A stretch of DNA of 64,000 nt from a virus. Position numbers and translations under genes: made by a program. The number at the start of each line of letters is the position of its first letter. The stretch's first letter is position 1. The stretch spans positions 90,344 through 154,343 of the IMG/VR virus record IMGVR_UViG_3300037524_002067; one strand, given 5' to 3'. The notes below the pieces were generated by a model. The model made no database searches. It was not told the DNA's origin and saw nothing but the letters and a program-made list of their open reading frames with translations. This document shows, in pieces, positions 1-9,198 of this stretch.

Positions 1-1481
1 ATATCTGGATGAGCTTTTTCTATTTCATCAAACAATAAAATACAATATGGTCTATTTTTAACTTTCTCTGTAAGTTGCCCTTTATCTTCATGTCCAACAT
101 AACCAGGCGGTGAACCGATCAATTTATTTACAGAAAATTTTTCACCATATTCAGACATATCAAACCTCACAAAAGAATCATCAGTGTCAAACAAATATTT
201 TGACAAGACTTTTGCCAATTGTGTTTTACCAGTACCAGTTGGACCTAAAAAAAGAAAAGATATTGGTTTGTTTGGGTCTTGAATACCGAGCCTGGATCTT
301 TGTATTGCGTCTGTAATTTTATTTACAGCCCCATCTTGTCCAACAACTCTTTCTTTTATATAATTATCAAGATGCAACAATTTTTCGTTTTCTGAATCTG
401 TAATTTTGTTTAGCGGTATACCCATTTGTTTAGATACAATACTTGCAACATCCTCTATTTTTACATTAATTTTTGTTTGCTTTATTTTTTTCTGCCAAGC
501 AATATTCTCTTCTTCTATTTGTATTGTTAAATCTCTCACTAAATCTCTATATTTTGCTGCGCCTTCATAATCTTGTGTTCCAGCAGCTTCTCTTTTTTTT
601 GCTTCAGCCTCTTTTAATTCATTTTCTAATCGCTTTATTTCTTCTGATACTGTTGCGTTTGTAAGTTTAACCCTTGAACCGACTTCGTCCATTAAATCAA
701 TAGCTTTATCTGGAAAATTTCTCATTGTAATATACCTGTCAGATAATTCAACGCATTTTTCAATAACTTCATCAGAATAAGAAACACCATGATATTCTTC
801 GTATTTGTGTCTTATTTGTTTTAAAATTTCAACAGTCTCTTGAGTTGTAGGTATTTTAATATGTACTTTTTGAAATCTCCTATCTAAAGCACTATCGTTT
901 TCTATAACTTTTTTATATTCATCAGTTGTAGTTGCGCCTATGCACCTCATTTCACCTCTTGATAAAGCTGGTTTAATTATGTTTGCAGCGTCCATTGTAC
1001 CTGATGCTCCACCAGCACCTATAACATTGTGAATCTCATCTATAAAAACAATAACATCAGGGTTTTTCTGAATCTCTTTTATGATTTCCTCCATCCTTTG
1101 TTCAAATTCCCCTCTATACTTAGTCCCAGACACAATAGATGTTATGTTGAGTTCAATTATTCTTTTGTTAAACAACATCCTATCAACTTGTTTATTGTAT
1201 ATTCTCAAGGCGAGCCCTTCTACTATTGCTGTTTTTCCAACGCCAGGCTCTCCAACAAGTATTGCGTTATTCTTTTTCTTTTTGCTTAAAATTTGTATCG
1301 TTTGATCTATTTCTTCATCTCTTCCTATTACCAAATCAAGCTTACCAAGAGAAGCCAATTTTGTTAGATCTTTTCCAAAATTATCCAACACTGGAGTGTT
1401 AGATTTGCTTTTGCTTTTTAATCTATCCAACTTTTGGCTATCATCTTCCTCTTCGTTAAATGCCTTATTTTTGTTGTCCAT
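1..1481 (-). CDS. clpC: ClpC/ClpB-family AAA+ ATPase (partial, runs off window start; not in ORF track)
   Basis: Manual translation from ATG at 1481: [41 protein letters not shown] (Walker A), [15 protein letters not shown] (Walker B), [21 protein letters not shown]-like [11 protein letters not shown], second Walker [15 protein letters not shown]. Lacks the N-terminal Clp repeat domain. Confidence 0.95.
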   Translation of the reverse strand, partial: MDNKNKAFNEEEDDSQKLDRLKSKSKSNTPVLDNFGKDLTKLASLGKLDLVIGRDEEIDQTIQILSKKKKNNAILVGEPGVGKTAIVEGLALRIYNKQVDRMLFNKRIIELNITSIVSGTKYRGEFEQRMEEIIKEIQKNPDVIVFIDEIHNVIGAGGASGTMDAANIIKPALSRGEMRCIGATTTDEYKKVIENDSALDRRFQKVHIKIPTTQETVEILKQIRHKYEEYHGVSYSDEVIEKCVELSDRYITMRNFPDKAIDLMDEVGSRVKLTNATVSEEIKRLENELKEAEAKKREAAGTQDYEGAAKYRDLVRDLTIQIEEENIAWQKKIKQTKINVKIEDVASIVSKQMGIPLNKITDSENEKLLHLDNYIKERVVGQDGAVNKITDAIQRSRLGIQDPNKPISFLFLGPTGTGKTQLAKVLSKYLFDTDDSFVRFDMSEYGEKFSVNKLIGSPPGYVGHEDKGQLTEKVKNRPYCILLFDEIEKAHPD

Positions 1482-1497
1482 ATTTTTTTATTTAAAT

Positions 1498-1701
1498 TTA
1501 GTTGTTTTTTGGTGATAACTCAATAAAATAAATATTGTTGTTATTTTTATCAGCGGAAATTGAAAGTATGTCAAACTTATTTGCTCCATGCAAATTTCTA
1601 ATCTCATCCCACAAATCGTCAAAACCTCGCCTTTCAATCTCGTTGGAAGTAACAGAATACACTATCTTTTCCAATGTCTCCTGTATTAACTCCATAACCA
1701 T
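1498..1701 (-). CDS. hypothetical protein (67 aa; start trimmed to ATG 1701 because the longer ORF crosses a terminator)
   Basis: ORF directly upstream of clpC, preceded by TATTTATT motif at 1712-1719. Confidence 0.55.
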   Translation of the reverse strand: MVMELIQETLEKIVYSVTSNEIERRGFDDLWDEIRNLHGANKFDILSISADKNNNNIYFIELSPKNN

Positions 1702-1756
1702 ATTTATTTTTAATAAATAATAGTATATTTTTTTCAAATAACAAAGTGTAACAATA

Positions 1757-1785
1757 AAAAACTCGACCTTTTTGGGGTCGAGTTT
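1757..1785 (-). terminator. intrinsic terminator after RadA-like gene
   Basis: Stem ACTCGACC/GGTCGAGT followed by a T-run on the minus strand. Confidence 0.8.
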
Positions 1786-1806
1786 AAATTTTTTTAAAAA
1801 ACACAA

Positions 1807-2709
1807 TTATAATTTGTATTTTTTATCTACTTTATCAATTAATTTTATAACCTCAATATTCATCTCCAATTCATTTAACTTCTTCTTAGACAGATTTGTT
1901 AAACCTTGGTTTATTTCGGTTTTTATTGATTTAAAACTTGAATGCTCTTTGTTTATTCCATTTATAAAAGAACTTAGAGTGTTTGCTAAACAATAATTTA
2001 AACTTTGCTTTACGCCCCTATCTGACCATTCTTGTTCAGTGTAAAACTTTATAACCTCATCACTTTCCACAAATTCATAAAAAAGTTTACATGTCCCATT
2101 GTCTCGATTTTTTGTTGTGTAAATAAATCGAGTGTTTTTCTTTTCTTGAAAAACCATGTGCATATGACAATCAGCTAAGTGTTTTATTCTGTTTACACCT
2201 GAAAAATCACCATCTTTATTTACCATACCAATAAGAATAGCTGTTCCACCAGTCTCATCCTTCCATTTTTTTAACTCACTTAACACGCGAAGTTCTGCAG
2301 CGTCATCTCCCAACCCATGAGAAGCAACAAAATCTGTGGCTGCAGTTTGAAGTGAATCTATGATAATGAATTTATAGTTACGTTTTTTTATTTCAGCCAT
2401 AAAATCCAAAAAATGAGGGTATTCTTTTTCGTCAGTTATATAAGCGTTTTTGTGGTCAATGCTTACTCTGCGAGTCTGTTTTGCAGCTGATTCACTCGAT
2501 GTTTCTCTCTCATATAAGGCTGTTGGGATATTTTTAAGACTTTTTTGAATAACTTTTGCCAAGGTTGTCTTACCAGCCCCAGAGGTACCTGTAAAAAATA
2601 TAACAGAACTCTGGAAACCACCATCAACAGACAACATGTTGTCAAGTTTTTCTATTCCAGTGAGTACGCCTGGTGTTGAATTTACGCTGATTGTGCTGTA
2701 ATTTTTCAT
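1807..2709 (-). CDS. RadA/Sms-like RecA-fold ATPase (ATPase domain only)
   Basis: TGIEKLDNML, Walker A GTSGAGKTT, Walker B IIIDSLQ, NKDGDFSG..IKHLAD, KNRD (cf. RadA KNRFG); no Zn finger or Lon domain. Confidence 0.8.
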   Translation of the reverse strand: MKNYSTISVNSTPGVLTGIEKLDNMLSVDGGFQSSVIFFTGTSGAGKTTLAKVIQKSLKNIPTALYERETSSESAAKQTRRVSIDHKNAYITDEKEYPHFLDFMAEIKKRNYKFIIIDSLQTAATDFVASHGLGDDAAELRVLSELKKWKDETGGTAILIGMVNKDGDFSGVNRIKHLADCHMHMVFQEKKNTRFIYTTKNRDNGTCKLFYEFVESDEVIKFYTEQEWSDRGVKQSLNYCLANTLSSFINGINKEHSSFKSIKTEINQGLTNLSKKKLNELEMNIEVIKLIDKVDKKYKL

Positions 2710-2730
2710 TTTCTTTTTGTTTTATAACTT

Positions 2731-2766
2731 GTTATACGTGTGTAAAAACAAAAAGGTTTCAAAAAA
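2731..2766 (-). promoter_or_regulatory. ECF-type promoter TGAAAC-N17-CGTATAAC
   Basis: Minus strand TTTTTGAAACCTTTTT...CGTATAAC; same elements and spacing recur at 35506-35540. Confidence 0.7.
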
Positions 2767-2773
2767 GCTTTTT

Positions 2774-4153
2774 TTAACAAAGAGGGGCAATTATTTTTTT
2801 AGCAGATTCATAGTCTTTTAATATAAAAGCCTTTTTATTCACTAAAAAATTGGACATATCTGTTATTTTAAACAAATTACATATAGTTAAAAAATCAGTT
2901 ACTTGTTTTTCGGTGCAATTTAAACCATAATCCTGTATAGACTTTAAAAAGTCTCTATATTTTGGCATCATATCACCAACACTAACTGATCCATATTTAA
3001 AAAGAACATCTAAAAAACTCATATAACTAGCATCTTTTAAAACAACACCTTGCGATTTTAAATCTTCTAAAATTTTTTGCTTTTCATTATAGTCTGACTT
3101 AATTTCTTCTGTTTTTAAAGGCTGAAATTCACCTTCTTGGTTTGCTACATAACTCATAACGACATCTGTTTTTTCTGGTTCATTCGTTGTGTGTTGATTT
3201 TTGTTTTCTTCTTTTAGTTCAAAATTTTCTGGAGCAATATTTGCTCCCTCATTTGCTCCCTCATTTGCTCCCTCATTTACAGTATCATTTACACCATCAT
3301 TTACAACATCATTTACAGGAGGTCCTTCTTTTTTTATTTTTTCTTTGTCTTCTCCAAACTCCCTTTCCAAAGCTATATTTGTTGCAACTATTAAAAAAAC
3401 AGCCATTGGATCAAAAACAAATATTAATAAAAGTATAAAAAAATTAACTACTTGATCCATGTCTCTACCAGTGAGTTTAGCTATATATTTAAGTGGTCCA
3501 ACTTCACCATTTACATCGTTGTTTTTAAGATTTAAAACCTCAAGATCTAAAGCTGTTGTTTCATTATACTTTCTTTGTGTTCTAGCGTTTAGTGAATCAA
3601 TTTCAACATTAACACTAAAAATCTCTTTGTTAGCTTGCTCTATTTGAGCCTCGACTCTTTTTGCAACACCAATCTGTCTTCTCCCGTATAAGCTATCCAG
3701 TCTTGATTCTTGTTGGCTTCTAAGATTTGTCAAAGATTTTATTCTATCAGACTTTAAATTTTTGCTTTCTTCTAATCTTTTTATTTCAGAAATTATAATT
3801 TCTTTTTTCTGGTTAACCATTTCAATTTGAGCGTCTATATTCTGAAGCTTTCCAGATGTTGTAGAGTATGCGTTTGATAAAAAGCCGTATATACCAGCAC
3901 TTGTTATTATCATAACAACTGCAACACCAATTACGAGATATGTTTTAAGGTGCCATTTTATTTTTTTCCAATACCTGTGTAAAAATGAAGCTGTAACTAT
4001 TTTTGCAAATTCCAAGGCGGATGCCATTATTATAACTTCTACTTTGGCACCACCAAATAATTTCGACAAACCAGTTACGGAAAAAAATGCAGCTGCTCCA
4101 GCTAATGACAAAGCTGCTAACGCAACTAAAAATGGGAATATATACTTTTTCAT
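2774..4153 (-). CDS. membrane-anchored coiled-coil protein
   Basis: Three N-terminal hydrophobic helices, long coiled coil, GPLKY motif, further TM helix (FFILLLIFVFDPMAVFLIVA), soluble C-terminal domain. Confidence 0.75.
   Translation of the reverse strand: MKKYIFPFLVALAALSLAGAAAFFSVTGLSKLFGGAKVEVIIMASALEFAKIVTASFLHRYWKKIKWHLKTYLVIGVAVVMIITSAGIYGFLSNAYSTTSGKLQNIDAQIEMVNQKKEIIISEIKRLEESKNLKSDRIKSLTNLRSQQESRLDSLYGRRQIGVAKRVEAQIEQANKEIFSVNVEIDSLNARTQRKYNETTALDLEVLNLKNNDVNGEVGPLKYIAKLTGRDMDQVVNFFILLLIFVFDPMAVFLIVATNIALEREFGEDKEKIKKEGPPVNDVVNDGVNDTVNEGANEGANEGANIAPENFELKEENKNQHTTNEPEKTDVVMSYVANQEGEFQPLKTEEIKSDYNEKQKILEDLKSQGVVLKDASYMSFLDVLFKYGSVSVGDMMPKYRDFLKSIQDYGLNCTEKQVTDFLTICNLFKITDMSNFLVNKKAFILKDYESAKKIIAPLC
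3239..3317. repeat. 12-bp tandem repeat encoding (V/A)N(D/E)x tetrapeptides
   Basis: ATTTGCTCCCTC x3 then ATTTACAnnATC x3 plus a partial copy. Confidence 0.9.
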
Positions 4154-4190
4154 TAAGTTGAAAAATAATAATTTTTAAATGAAAAACCAA

Positions 4191-4622
4191 TTATTTTTCA
4201 CCAGGTTGTAAATCTGTGTGTGTGTTATCGCCCAAACCATGTTTTATTTTAAAATCTGATATCATTTTTTGCAAAAAAGATGTTGGTCTTCCATGAGTTT
4301 CGTTGTTTGGTCTTAAATCTTCCAGGTGTTTTTTTGTCCACTTATTAACTTCACCCTCTGGGGTAATATAATCTTCGTAATTATGATACCAAGTATCTTC
4401 ATACCAAACATAAAGTGGATGGACTTCACCATATGAATAAGCAACATACATCTTTCCTAAATCACCCAAATCTTCACCATAAGTGTGAGATCCAACGAAA
4501 TTTCTGCGATTAGCAACCTCTTGGGAAGCTTGTTTATTCGTTATTCTCTCTTCGTCTAAATATGCCTCCATTGGAATATTAAGCAAAGATTCTCTTATTA
4601 TTTTTCTAATTAGATCTTTCAC
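4191..4622 (-). CDS. hypothetical, putative head-packaged protein
   Basis: N-terminal MKDLIRKIIRESL motif; TATTTATA 16 nt upstream. Confidence 0.7.
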   Translation of the reverse strand: MKDLIRKIIRESLLNIPMEAYLDEERITNKQASQEVANRRNFVGSHTYGEDLGDLGKMYVAYSYGEVHPLYVWYEDTWYHNYEDYITPEGEVNKWTKKHLEDLRPNNETHGRPTSFLQKMISDFKIKHGLGDNTHTDLQPGEK

Positions 4623-4638
4623 TCAAGTTTTTGTTTTA

Positions 4639-4646
4639 TATAAATA
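4639..4646 (-). promoter_or_regulatory. putative late promoter TATTTATA
   Basis: Recurrent motif upstream of gene starts. Confidence 0.55.
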
Positions 4647-4650
4647 TCTT

Positions 4651-4685
4651 AAAAAAAACCCCCAAAACATAATTTTGAGGGTTTT
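4651..4685 (-). terminator. intrinsic terminator after ssb
   Basis: Imperfect stem AAAACCC(C)CAAAA/TTTTG(A)GGGTTTT with T-run on the minus strand. Confidence 0.65.
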
Positions 4686-4702
4686 AAATATAGAGAATTT
4701 AA

Positions 4703-5167
4703 TTAAAAAGGTAGGTCTTCTTCATCTTGTGAATTAAATGCTTCATTTCCATTTGTATATGCGTTTGCTTGTTGAGCTGCCTGTGCAACACTATTGCTAA
4801 CACTCTCTGTTGGAGCATTGTTAGCACTAGAAGATCCTGGTCCTTTTGGAAACAATTTAATTTCATCAACTTTAATTTTTGTCCAATAGCTCACTTTTTC
4901 ATCTTTTTCACTTTTTCCATAAGTAATATATCCTTCGATATACACAAGCATTCCTTTTTTAACGAATTCAGATGCAAATTTTGATTTGCCATTCCAAAGC
5001 TCTATTGTATGCCACTCTACTTTTGTTTGTTTGTTACCATCTTTGTCTTTGTAAGAAGAATTGGTAGCCAACGAAAAAGTTGTTACCTGATTTTCACCTT
5101 GAAAAACTTTTGTTTTAGGGTCTTGACCCACTGATCCGATTAGGATTACTTTGTTTACTCCGTCCAT
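4703..5167 (-). CDS. ssb: single-stranded DNA-binding protein
   Basis: VNKVILIGSVGQDP, FSLATN, EWH, KKGMLVYIEG, acidic C-terminal tail EEDLPF. Confidence 0.96.
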   Translation of the reverse strand: MDGVNKVILIGSVGQDPKTKVFQGENQVTTFSLATNSSYKDKDGNKQTKVEWHTIELWNGKSKFASEFVKKGMLVYIEGYITYGKSEKDEKVSYWTKIKVDEIKLFPKGPGSSSANNAPTESVSNSVAQAAQQANAYTNGNEAFNSQDEEDLPF

Positions 5168-5240
5168 AATAGTGTAATTTTTATTTGTTTATAATGCTAT
5201 AATTTAAACACTAACACGTATAAAATAAAGTTTTTTTGGA

Positions 5241-5248
5241 TATTTATT
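5241..5248 (+). promoter_or_regulatory. putative late promoter TATTTATT
   Basis: Motif in sense orientation ahead of a plus-strand gene, so it follows gene orientation. Confidence 0.55.
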
Positions 5249-5273
5249 AAAAACACAGACAATTTTGTATCTT

Positions 5274-6959
5274 ATGCAAAAAAATTTAAAATCAATAATC
5301 AGAGAAGCTTTTAACGCGGCTTATCAACAATATAAAAAAAGCATTGTTAAAGAGGATACTTCAGCTGAAATGGCTGCAAGATTTGAACAAACCCCTGAAG
5401 GTAGAGCGCAAAAGGCAAAAGCTGATCAAGTTATTGATGTTCTAGATAATCAAAAAAGAGGTTGGGAAAAATACCACTGGGATCCTTCTGGAACTTCATC
5501 TTATGACAATTTAAACCACGCACAGTGGAACTATATAATAGAAACACTTTCAGAAAGAGCTAGATTAACAAAGGATCCAAAATACGCTCAAATATTTTCT
5601 AATATATATTCTGTGCTTCCAGTAAGAACTATTGATAGTGATGGCAACTCTATTTCTTCTAATTCGCCAGCATATAACTATTTCATAAACAACAGTGAAA
5701 TGTTGCGTGATATAGCAAGACAAAACCCAGATATGGCTTTTGAAGCTCTTGAAAACGCTTGGGGAAGAGCTTTTTATACAGATGAGTGGAATAAATTACT
5801 AGATTTATATCAATCAATGCCTGGGGCTAATTTTGGTAGCTTATTGGCAAACAATATTCGTCGTTGGACAAATGACCTTTTAAAATCTAAAAAAAACAAA
5901 CTAAGACGCGGAACTGGTTCTTTAGATGCCCCAAGCAACATAACTGGTAAATCAACTGATGTTGAAGGTGGTATTGAATCACAAGAAGACGATAGTATGG
6001 ATGACGAAGAACAAGTGGGTGGGCCAAAAAACGCTTTTGATGATGAAGAAAATGCGGAAGACAGCTTAGAAACTGGTTTGGATGCATACTCATCTGATGC
6101 AAACAACCTAGATGCCCTATCAAAAAGCAAAAAAGTAGCAGCTTTAAAGTTTCTAAAATTTCAAAAAGCCATTGATAAAATTTTGAACATATCACAGGCT
6201 CTTCCATTATCAAACAAACAACAACAAGGCGTTTTTGCTCTTAGCGAAATATTGAAAAACTTTAAAACATACGATGAAATCGCATCTGAATTTCCAGAAA
6301 AATTCTCAGATAAAGATGAACAAGGCAACGTTGTAAATGCGGAAGTTGCCGCTGTTAAATCAAGATTAAAAAGCATCTTGAATAAGATAGCAAAACCAAT
6401 GTTGGAACCATATGGCGTTACTCCTGATGTGTTTTCTGAAAAATCGTGGGAAAGCAAATATAATTTGCCAAATGACATAGTTGATCAAATTGTGAATCAA
6501 TTCAATGCTGTTTCAAAAGCTGGCACAACTGAAAAAAGACAATATACAAATGCGTTTATAGAATATGCTAAAAACCATTTAACACCAGAAGAAATAGCTG
6601 AAAAACCTATTCAAGGAGTTTACAAAAAAGAAAAAAGAAAAACATCTAGCGCAGATGCTGTAAAAGAAGCTATAATGAATTTAAATAAAAACCAAAAGTT
6701 TGAGGCTTTAGCTGACTCAATATTAAACGAATTTGGTTTTCCAATTGCTTTTGACTCTATTATTTGGTCAGATTATTGGAAAGCGGGAAAAGAACTTCAA
6801 AGTTTAGCTGGAGCAAAAAAGGAACCAGCTTTAGCAAAAGAAAAAGATCCAGAAAAAGATTTGTACCCTTTTCAAAGAGAGAGTTATGAAGCTTTTTTGG
6901 CAGAAAATTTTGATATAATTGTAAAGAAAGTATATGATAGATTAGAAAAGTTTTTATAA
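5274..6959 (+). CDS. divergent ECF-like sigma70-family factor, possibly virion-packaged
   Basis: Region 2-like NPDMAFEALENAW...LYQSMPGANFGSLLANNIRRWTNDLLKSKK, SLDAP, acidic linker, region 4-like ALPLSNKQQQGVFAL...TYDEIA...AVKSRLKSILNKI; N-terminal LKSIIRE; ATG 5274 preferred over TTG 5265. Confidence 0.6.
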   Translation: MQKNLKSIIREAFNAAYQQYKKSIVKEDTSAEMAARFEQTPEGRAQKAKADQVIDVLDNQKRGWEKYHWDPSGTSSYDNLNHAQWNYIIETLSERARLTKDPKYAQIFSNIYSVLPVRTIDSDGNSISSNSPAYNYFINNSEMLRDIARQNPDMAFEALENAWGRAFYTDEWNKLLDLYQSMPGANFGSLLANNIRRWTNDLLKSKKNKLRRGTGSLDAPSNITGKSTDVEGGIESQEDDSMDDEEQVGGPKNAFDDEENAEDSLETGLDAYSSDANNLDALSKSKKVAALKFLKFQKAIDKILNISQALPLSNKQQQGVFALSEILKNFKTYDEIASEFPEKFSDKDEQGNVVNAEVAAVKSRLKSILNKIAKPMLEPYGVTPDVFSEKSWESKYNLPNDIVDQIVNQFNAVSKAGTTEKRQYTNAFIEYAKNHLTPEEIAEKPIQGVYKKEKRKTSSADAVKEAIMNLNKNQKFEALADSILNEFGFPIAFDSIIWSDYWKAGKELQSLAGAKKEPALAKEKDPEKDLYPFQRESYEAFLAENFDIIVKKVYDRLEKFL

Positions 6960-6962
6960 AAA

Positions 6963-7214
6963 CTATTCTTGTTTCATAACTACTACCTCAAAATTTTCGT
7001 TATCTACTCTAACAATCTTGTTATCTTTATCAATTTTAAAAATATTAAGATTGCAATCAAAAAAAACTTTAGAGTAGTTCATATCAGTGCCTGACAATAT
7101 TTTGTTTTTAGAGATGTCCTTGATCCTTATTTGTAATCTATCTTTTTTAGGTGTTAAAACCTGTTCAAATAAAAAATTTACTTCTTTATAAAATTGTGTA
7201 TCGCTCATACACAA
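6963..7214 (-). CDS. hypothetical protein
   Basis: ORF tightly following the NUDIX gene; ATG at 7208 may be the start. Confidence 0.55.
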   Translation of the reverse strand: MCMSDTQFYKEVNFLFEQVLTPKKDRLQIRIKDISKNKILSGTDMNYSKVFFDCNLNIFKIDKDNKIVRVDNENFEVVVMKQE

Positions 7215-7220
7215 ATTTAG

Positions 7221-7664
7221 TTATTTTTTAGAGAAAAGACAAATTATGTCGTTAATTATGTCTAGTTTTTTTAAAAGTGTTTCTTTAAACCCAGACAAAA
7301 GACTCTCTGGTGTTTCGTTTGGAAAAAACCACCCAAAATCAATAGCTTCACCCTCAACTTCAATGTTTGGTGTGAATTCCTCATCAAAAACACCAGCAAA
7401 AGTATAAAAATCAATATGATTTGTTTTTTGAACGTGTAATGGTTTTTTGGACATTCTATATTTGCCAAGATACATACTTTCTTCTCTAAATTCTCGCTTA
7501 GCTGTATCTTTTGGAGATTTGTCTAAATCATTTTCAAATCCACCACCAAAACAAGCCCATTCTCCAGGTTGATCCTGGTCGTGACCGCGTCTTACCAAAA
7601 GAATTCTTCCAGTTTTTGGGCAAATAGGTAAAACACCAGCAGCTATTTGTTTTTGAGTTCGCAT
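7221..7664 (-). CDS. NUDIX hydrolase
   Basis: AAGVL..TGRILLVRR, WACFGGGFE..SPKDTAKREFREES Nudix box. Confidence 0.92.
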   Translation of the reverse strand: MRTQKQIAAGVLPICPKTGRILLVRRGHDQDQPGEWACFGGGFENDLDKSPKDTAKREFREESMYLGKYRMSKKPLHVQKTNHIDFYTFAGVFDEEFTPNIEVEGEAIDFGWFFPNETPESLLSGFKETLLKKLDIINDIICLFSKK

Positions 7665-7668
7665 ATTT

Positions 7669-7676
7669 AATAAATA
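7669..7676 (-). promoter_or_regulatory. putative late promoter TATTTATT
   Basis: 4 nt upstream of the NUDIX ATG. Confidence 0.45.
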
Positions 7677-7692
7677 TGCTAAAAAACAACTT

Positions 7693-9195
7693 TTAAAATA
7701 GCAGTGCCATAAAATAAATTTTATGCTTGGCGCGACTAACCGCTACGTAATGAATATTTCTAGGCTCAACATCATCTTCATCGCTCGGATCAAAAGTTAA
7801 CTTTTCTCTTTGTTTTTTTGTTAGATTTGAAGCTCCTGGGTTTGCGTCTAACAAATAAGGTGGTATAGAGTTTACTATAACAGTGGTATCAAATTCTCGA
7901 CCCTTTGATTTGTGTATAGTTGTAATAAATTTATTTGACTTCTTGTGCATTTCAATAAAGTGAATCAAATCATTAGGAGTTTCAAAATCATGCTTAAACA
8001 TATTTAGTTTTGTTTTAAGAGCTTGGTTTATTTCTCCAGCATGAAAACTCTTCACATCTGAAGAGGTGATGTAATTGGTATATTTAATTGGTATTTTTCT
8101 TTTTAACAATATTATCTCCAATTTTTTTATAACATCATTTGTTCTAACTAAAACAGCAACTTCTTCTGGTAATTGTAAAACCTCTATAAGTTCATCTATT
8201 GTTAACATCAATTTATTATCCACAAAACCATCCTCTTGACTATTAGCAGTAGCTTTAAGACCAGAAAACTGATTTGAATTCTTAACTATATTTTGATCGC
8301 TTCTGAAATTTACAGATAAAGACATTTCAATAGTCTCCCTTCTATTTTTAATCATTTCTTCTAACTTAGAGCAATTAGCCCCCGAATAAGAGTAAATGCT
8401 TTGATAACGGTCTCCTATCAGATAATAATGATTTGCGTTTAAAGCCAATAGCACCTGAAGCTGTATGGTTGACGTGTCTTGATATTCATCTACAAAAATA
8501 TAATCATATTTTCCGCGAAATTGTTTTAAATATTTATCTTCTCTAAACAAATCTCTAACTTCAATCAGCATATCAGAAAAATCCCTAGCTCTTTTTTCGC
8601 GAAGAAACAAATTATACTCACTTATGTAAGCTGGAACTTTTGATTTTATACCATCAGCGGATTGTAATTTAAAAGCAGCTATTGCAGATGCTAAATAATC
8701 AGCCTCATCATATAGTGTTCCTATAGTTTCGTAATAAAAATTTTTCGTAGCTTGATCTGCACTTGGACTTGGCTTATATTTATCTCTAAACCACTCTACA
8801 AATTGATAAAAAGTTGCTATCTGCTTAAATTTACCACACTTTGCTAAAACACCCATACAAAAAGAGTGTATAGTGGTAACCACAATGTCTTTGTTGCCAA
8901 TTCTTTTTATCAACTCTTCAGTCGCTGCTCTAGTAAACGAAAAAAATATAATGCGAGATGGGTCTACACCTCTTTTTAACAATTCTTTAAGCCTACCAAC
9001 ACAACTTGCTGTTTTTCCAGAGCCAGCTGTGGCTGCCAAAATTATAGATTTATCTTCTTTAAACTCTATAAATTCAGCTTGCTCTTTGGTATATTTTTTA
9101 TTTTCAACATTACCGAACTCAGTGCCTTCAAAAAGCGTAACTTGAGTTTCTGGTTGTGGTTGATTTTTCTTTATTGTTATACGTTTTTTTGCCAC
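7693..9195 (-). CDS. uvrD: UvrD/Rep-family SF1 helicase (compact)
   Basis: ATAGSGKT, FSFTRAA, TIHSF, VDEYQD, GDRYQSIY, NFRS, TIHKSKGREF, YVAVSRAK. Confidence 0.93.
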   Translation of the reverse strand: MAKKRITIKKNQPQPETQVTLFEGTEFGNVENKKYTKEQAEFIEFKEDKSIILAATAGSGKTASCVGRLKELLKRGVDPSRIIFFSFTRAATEELIKRIGNKDIVVTTIHSFCMGVLAKCGKFKQIATFYQFVEWFRDKYKPSPSADQATKNFYYETIGTLYDEADYLASAIAAFKLQSADGIKSKVPAYISEYNLFLREKRARDFSDMLIEVRDLFREDKYLKQFRGKYDYIFVDEYQDTSTIQLQVLLALNANHYYLIGDRYQSIYSYSGANCSKLEEMIKNRRETIEMSLSVNFRSDQNIVKNSNQFSGLKATANSQEDGFVDNKLMLTIDELIEVLQLPEEVAVLVRTNDVIKKLEIILLKRKIPIKYTNYITSSDVKSFHAGEINQALKTKLNMFKHDFETPNDLIHFIEMHKKSNKFITTIHKSKGREFDTTVIVNSIPPYLLDANPGASNLTKKQREKLTFDPSDEDDVEPRNIHYVAVSRAKHKIYFMALLF

Positions 9196-9198
9196 TAC

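Noticed and set aside
110-1305. Short plus-strand ORFs at the window start
   Set aside because: Antisense to the ClpC-like gene, which the track missed because it runs off the edge
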